DNA of 64,000 nt. Source: Octopus vulgaris (lineage: Eukaryota). Shown piece by piece: positions 61,192-64,000 of the stretch (its first letter is position 1; each line of letters starts with the position of its first letter). Made by a program: the position numbers and the translations under genes. Location: the NCBI GenBank assembly GCA_951406725.2, contig OX597815.1, forward strand, positions 22,754,001-22,818,000, read 5' to 3'. The notes under the pieces are model-generated. The model searched no databases. It worked only from the letters and a program-made list of their open reading frames with translations, and was not told the DNA's origin.

Positions 61192-61600
61192 CCCTAATGT
61201 CTTAAATAAGGAAAGGATACATTGAATAATATAGTCCTATATATGCACCCTTTTAAAGCCTAGCCAGGTTCATGGGCCCGGTTTCCCAGTTTCAATGGTG
61301 CATGAGTTCCCCAGCTGGACGAGACGCCCCTAATGTCTTAAATAAGGAAAGGATACATTGAATAATATAGCCCTATATATGCACCCTTTTAAAGCCTAGC
61401 CAGGTTCATGGGCCCGGTTTCCCAGTTTCAATGGCACATGAGTTCCCCAGCTGGACGAGACGCCCCTAATGTCTTAAATAAGGAAAGGATACATTGAATA
61501 ATATAGCCCTATATATGCACCCTTTTAAAGCCTAGCCAGGTTCATGGGCCCGGTTTCCCAGTTTCAATGGCGCATGAGTTCCCCAGCTGGACGAGACGCC
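61192..61600. repeat. 3 x 136-bp tandem repeat
   Basis: Units start at 61192, 61328 and 61464. Confidence 0.93.
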
Positions 61601-61763
61601 AGTCCATCGCAGCGTTACTCATTTTTGCCAGCTGAGTGGACTGGAGCAACATGAAATGGAGTGTTTTGCTCAAGAACTCAATGCGTCACACGGTCCAGGA
61701 ATCGAAACCACAATCTTACAATCATGATGCTGACACCCTAACCACTAAGCCACGCGCCTCCAC
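61510..61763 (-). mobile_element. tRNA-derived SINE family C
   Basis: Inverted near-copy of 60325-60563; ATAGTCCTATATA on both sides (TSD-like). Confidence 0.88.
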
Positions 61764-62394
61764 ATAGTCCTATATACCCACTAAAACTTGTTGTGGTCAC
61801 AATTGGAGTGTTTTTGGTCATAGTTCAGCTTTATCAGGATGAAACTGAAATTTCATATGTATTCATAGGCATAGGTGCAAGATGTTTGCTTCCCAACCAC
61901 AATATTGCAGGTGCTACCATCAGTCCAAAAGGTAGTCTACTGCATTTGTATAGACCTCTGTGCATGTTGACTATTAACAGCTCTGAGCATTTTTTATCTA
62001 CTTTGATTTGTAGATATGCGTCAGACAGATCAAGCTTTGAAAATATTTTTCCTCCATTTAGTTTTGTAAAAATATCTTCTAGGGTTGGTAGTGGATAATG
62101 GCTCGTTTTTAAACAGTCATTTAAACCAGTCAAAAAATCAGCACACAACTTAATTTTGTTATTTTTCTTTTTTATAGATACAGTTGGAGCTTATCATTTC
62201 ATATAATCGATTCTTTCAATGATTCTGTTTTTTAACAATCTGTCCAACTCATCATCCACTTGCTTTATTGCTACAAAAAGCACTATCCTATTAGGCTTGA
62301 ACACAGGTGTAATGTTATCATCTAATTCAAAACATGCTTCATTCTTTGTGCATAGACCTAGTCTGTCTGAGAGTACTTGCAGAAACATTTTTTA

Positions 62395-62698
62395 AGTGCC
62401 AGTGGCACGTAAAAAGCACCATCCGTTCGTGGCCATTGCCAGCCTCACCTGGTCCCCGTGCCGGTGGCACGTAAAAAGCACCATCCGATTGTGGCCGTTT
62501 GCCAGACTCGTCTGGCACATAAAAAGCACCCACTGCACTCACGGAGTGGTTGGAGTTAGGAAGGGCATCCAGCCATAGAAACATTGCCAGATCAGACTGG
62601 GCCTGGTGCAGCCTTCTGGCTTCCCAGACCCCAGTTGAACCGTCCAACCCATGCTAGCATGGAAAGCGGACACTAAACGATGATGATGATGATGATGA
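62395..62698 (+). mobile_element. RTE 3'-end copy inserted in Gypsy pol
   Basis: Family match with (GAT)n tail. Confidence 0.9.
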
Positions 62699-63017
62699 AC
62701 TCTTCAGACGAATTATTATTAGGACAACCATTTATGTTTTTACAATAGAGATTTAAATCGAATAATTCTAACCAATCGGTACCATATAGACTGATTGCAT
62801 TTTAAATGATGATGACTTTTGCCTTGCATGTTTTCCCTCAAAATGTGACATTAGTCCACATTTCGCCTATGAAATGTAATTTGTCACCTGTCATGCTACA
62901 AGCAGATTTTGCTGTTTTTCTCAACAGAGGTTTCCCTATTTTCTTCCATGTGTCCATATTTATTATTGAAATATCATTTCCAGTATCCTATTGAAGTTTA
63001 ATATGTATTCCATTCAT

Positions 63018-63431
63018 TTTTACTCTTTTACTTGTTTCAGTCATTTGACTGCGGCCATGCTGGAGCACCACATTTAATCGAGCAACTCGACCCCGAGACT
63101 TATTCTTTTGTAAGCCCAGTACTTATTCTATCGGTCTCTTTTGCCAAACTGCTAAGTAACGGGGAAATAAACACACCAGCATCGGTTGTTAAGCAATGCT
63201 AGGGGGACAAACACAGATGCACAAACACACACACGCATATATATATATATATATATACACATATATACGATGGGCTTCTTTCAGTTTCCGTCTACCAAAT
63301 CCACTCACAAGGCTTTGGTTGGCCCAAGGCTATAGTAGAAGACACTTGCCCAAGGTGCCACGCAGTGGGACTGAACCCGGAACCATGTGGTTGGTAAACA
63401 AGCTACTTACCACACAACCACTCCTGCGCCT
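63018..63431 (-). mobile_element. SINE family A inserted in Gypsy
   Basis: Near-identical to 8262-8703. Confidence 0.92.
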
Positions 63432-64000
63432 GTATACATGTATAAATTTTACGTGTATAAACTTTCTTATTTGGGAGTTGACTTTTGTTTCTGCTGAGAG
63501 CACTGTAGAATTTTTAATGCTTGATCTTCATAATTTTGTTCTGCAGTGTAAACTCTTGTGACTAATTCTTTTGCAACTGTAACATTTTTGATTTTTAAAT
63601 GGACAGTCTTTTCTAAAATGTATGCTCCACATTCATAACTTGGATTAGGACATGGTGCTCTTTTTTGGTTGTACTTTTCTGGTCAGCATATCTGTATTTT
63701 TGAGGAATCCTTTACTTGAATTTTTTTACATCATGTTTCAGGTTTACCATCCTTTGACATTTTTCTGGCATTGATTATAAGGTTAGATTTTGGTTTGCTT
63801 GTTCCAATTTCAAAAAAATTTTTGCCTGAATTTCTGTATCACACTGATGACAAACACAGAAATATTTTATTACTACAGAACCTAGCAAAGGAAGAGAGAA
63901 GCTAGAAGTTTTCTGTGAGGCTGAGTTATTAAAAAAAAAAAGCTGATGATTGTTCACATTAGATAACAATTAAAAAATTTACCATTCAATTTGGACAACT

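Larger units (their letters stand above)
61900..64000 (-). mobile_element. Decayed Gypsy/Ty3 LTR retrotransposon (gag zinc knuckle, protease, RT), interrupted by two insertions
   Basis: CYSCKRISHKSLHC (CCHC) near 63545-63590; DTGNDISII protease near 62960-62990; RT CADF.TGLN...YPLP..EDIF.KLNGGKIFSKLDLSDAYLQ...RLPFG. Confidence 0.88.

Noticed and set aside
58192-64000. Upstream ATP8B exons (DGET motif, TM1-2)
   Set aside because: Not found by eye; the region is filled by repeats and a Gypsy relic, so they are presumed to lie beyond the window

Overview
This is AT-rich, repeat-dense eukaryotic DNA. The repeat families and microsatellite style suggest a coleoid cephalopod such as Octopus (inference only). 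The main gene is a minus-strand P4-type ATPase (phospholipid flippase, ATP8B class). I traced 16 GT-AG exons from 58191 down to the stop at 29946. They are phase-consistent, total 3017 nt (about 1000 codons), and carry PISL, DKTGT, KGAD, TGDKQ, GDGAND and the C-terminal GYAF motif. The N-terminal exons lie beyond the window. The rest is mostly mobile DNA: an RTE LINE with a PHD finger inside its RT region plus about 20 copies of its 3' end, fragments of R4/Dong-, CR1/L2- and BovB-like LINEs, three tRNA-derived SINE families, a decayed Gypsy element, Tc1 and Tigger relics, a non-autonomous Helitron, and several MITEs and fold-back elements. The most notable observations are (1) a family of (TA)n-associated elements carrying type I hammerhead-ribozyme-like cores, (2) a chimeric intronic duplicate of the GDGAND exon end that could act as a poison exon, (3) a perfect 46-bp palindrome just past the stop codon, at the start of a ~10-kb TE-poor putative 3'UTR, and (4) several long intronic dsRNA-forming structures. 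Most ORFs in the supplied track are microsatellite or repeat artefacts. Repeat boundaries are approximate unless a TSD or TIR is cited.
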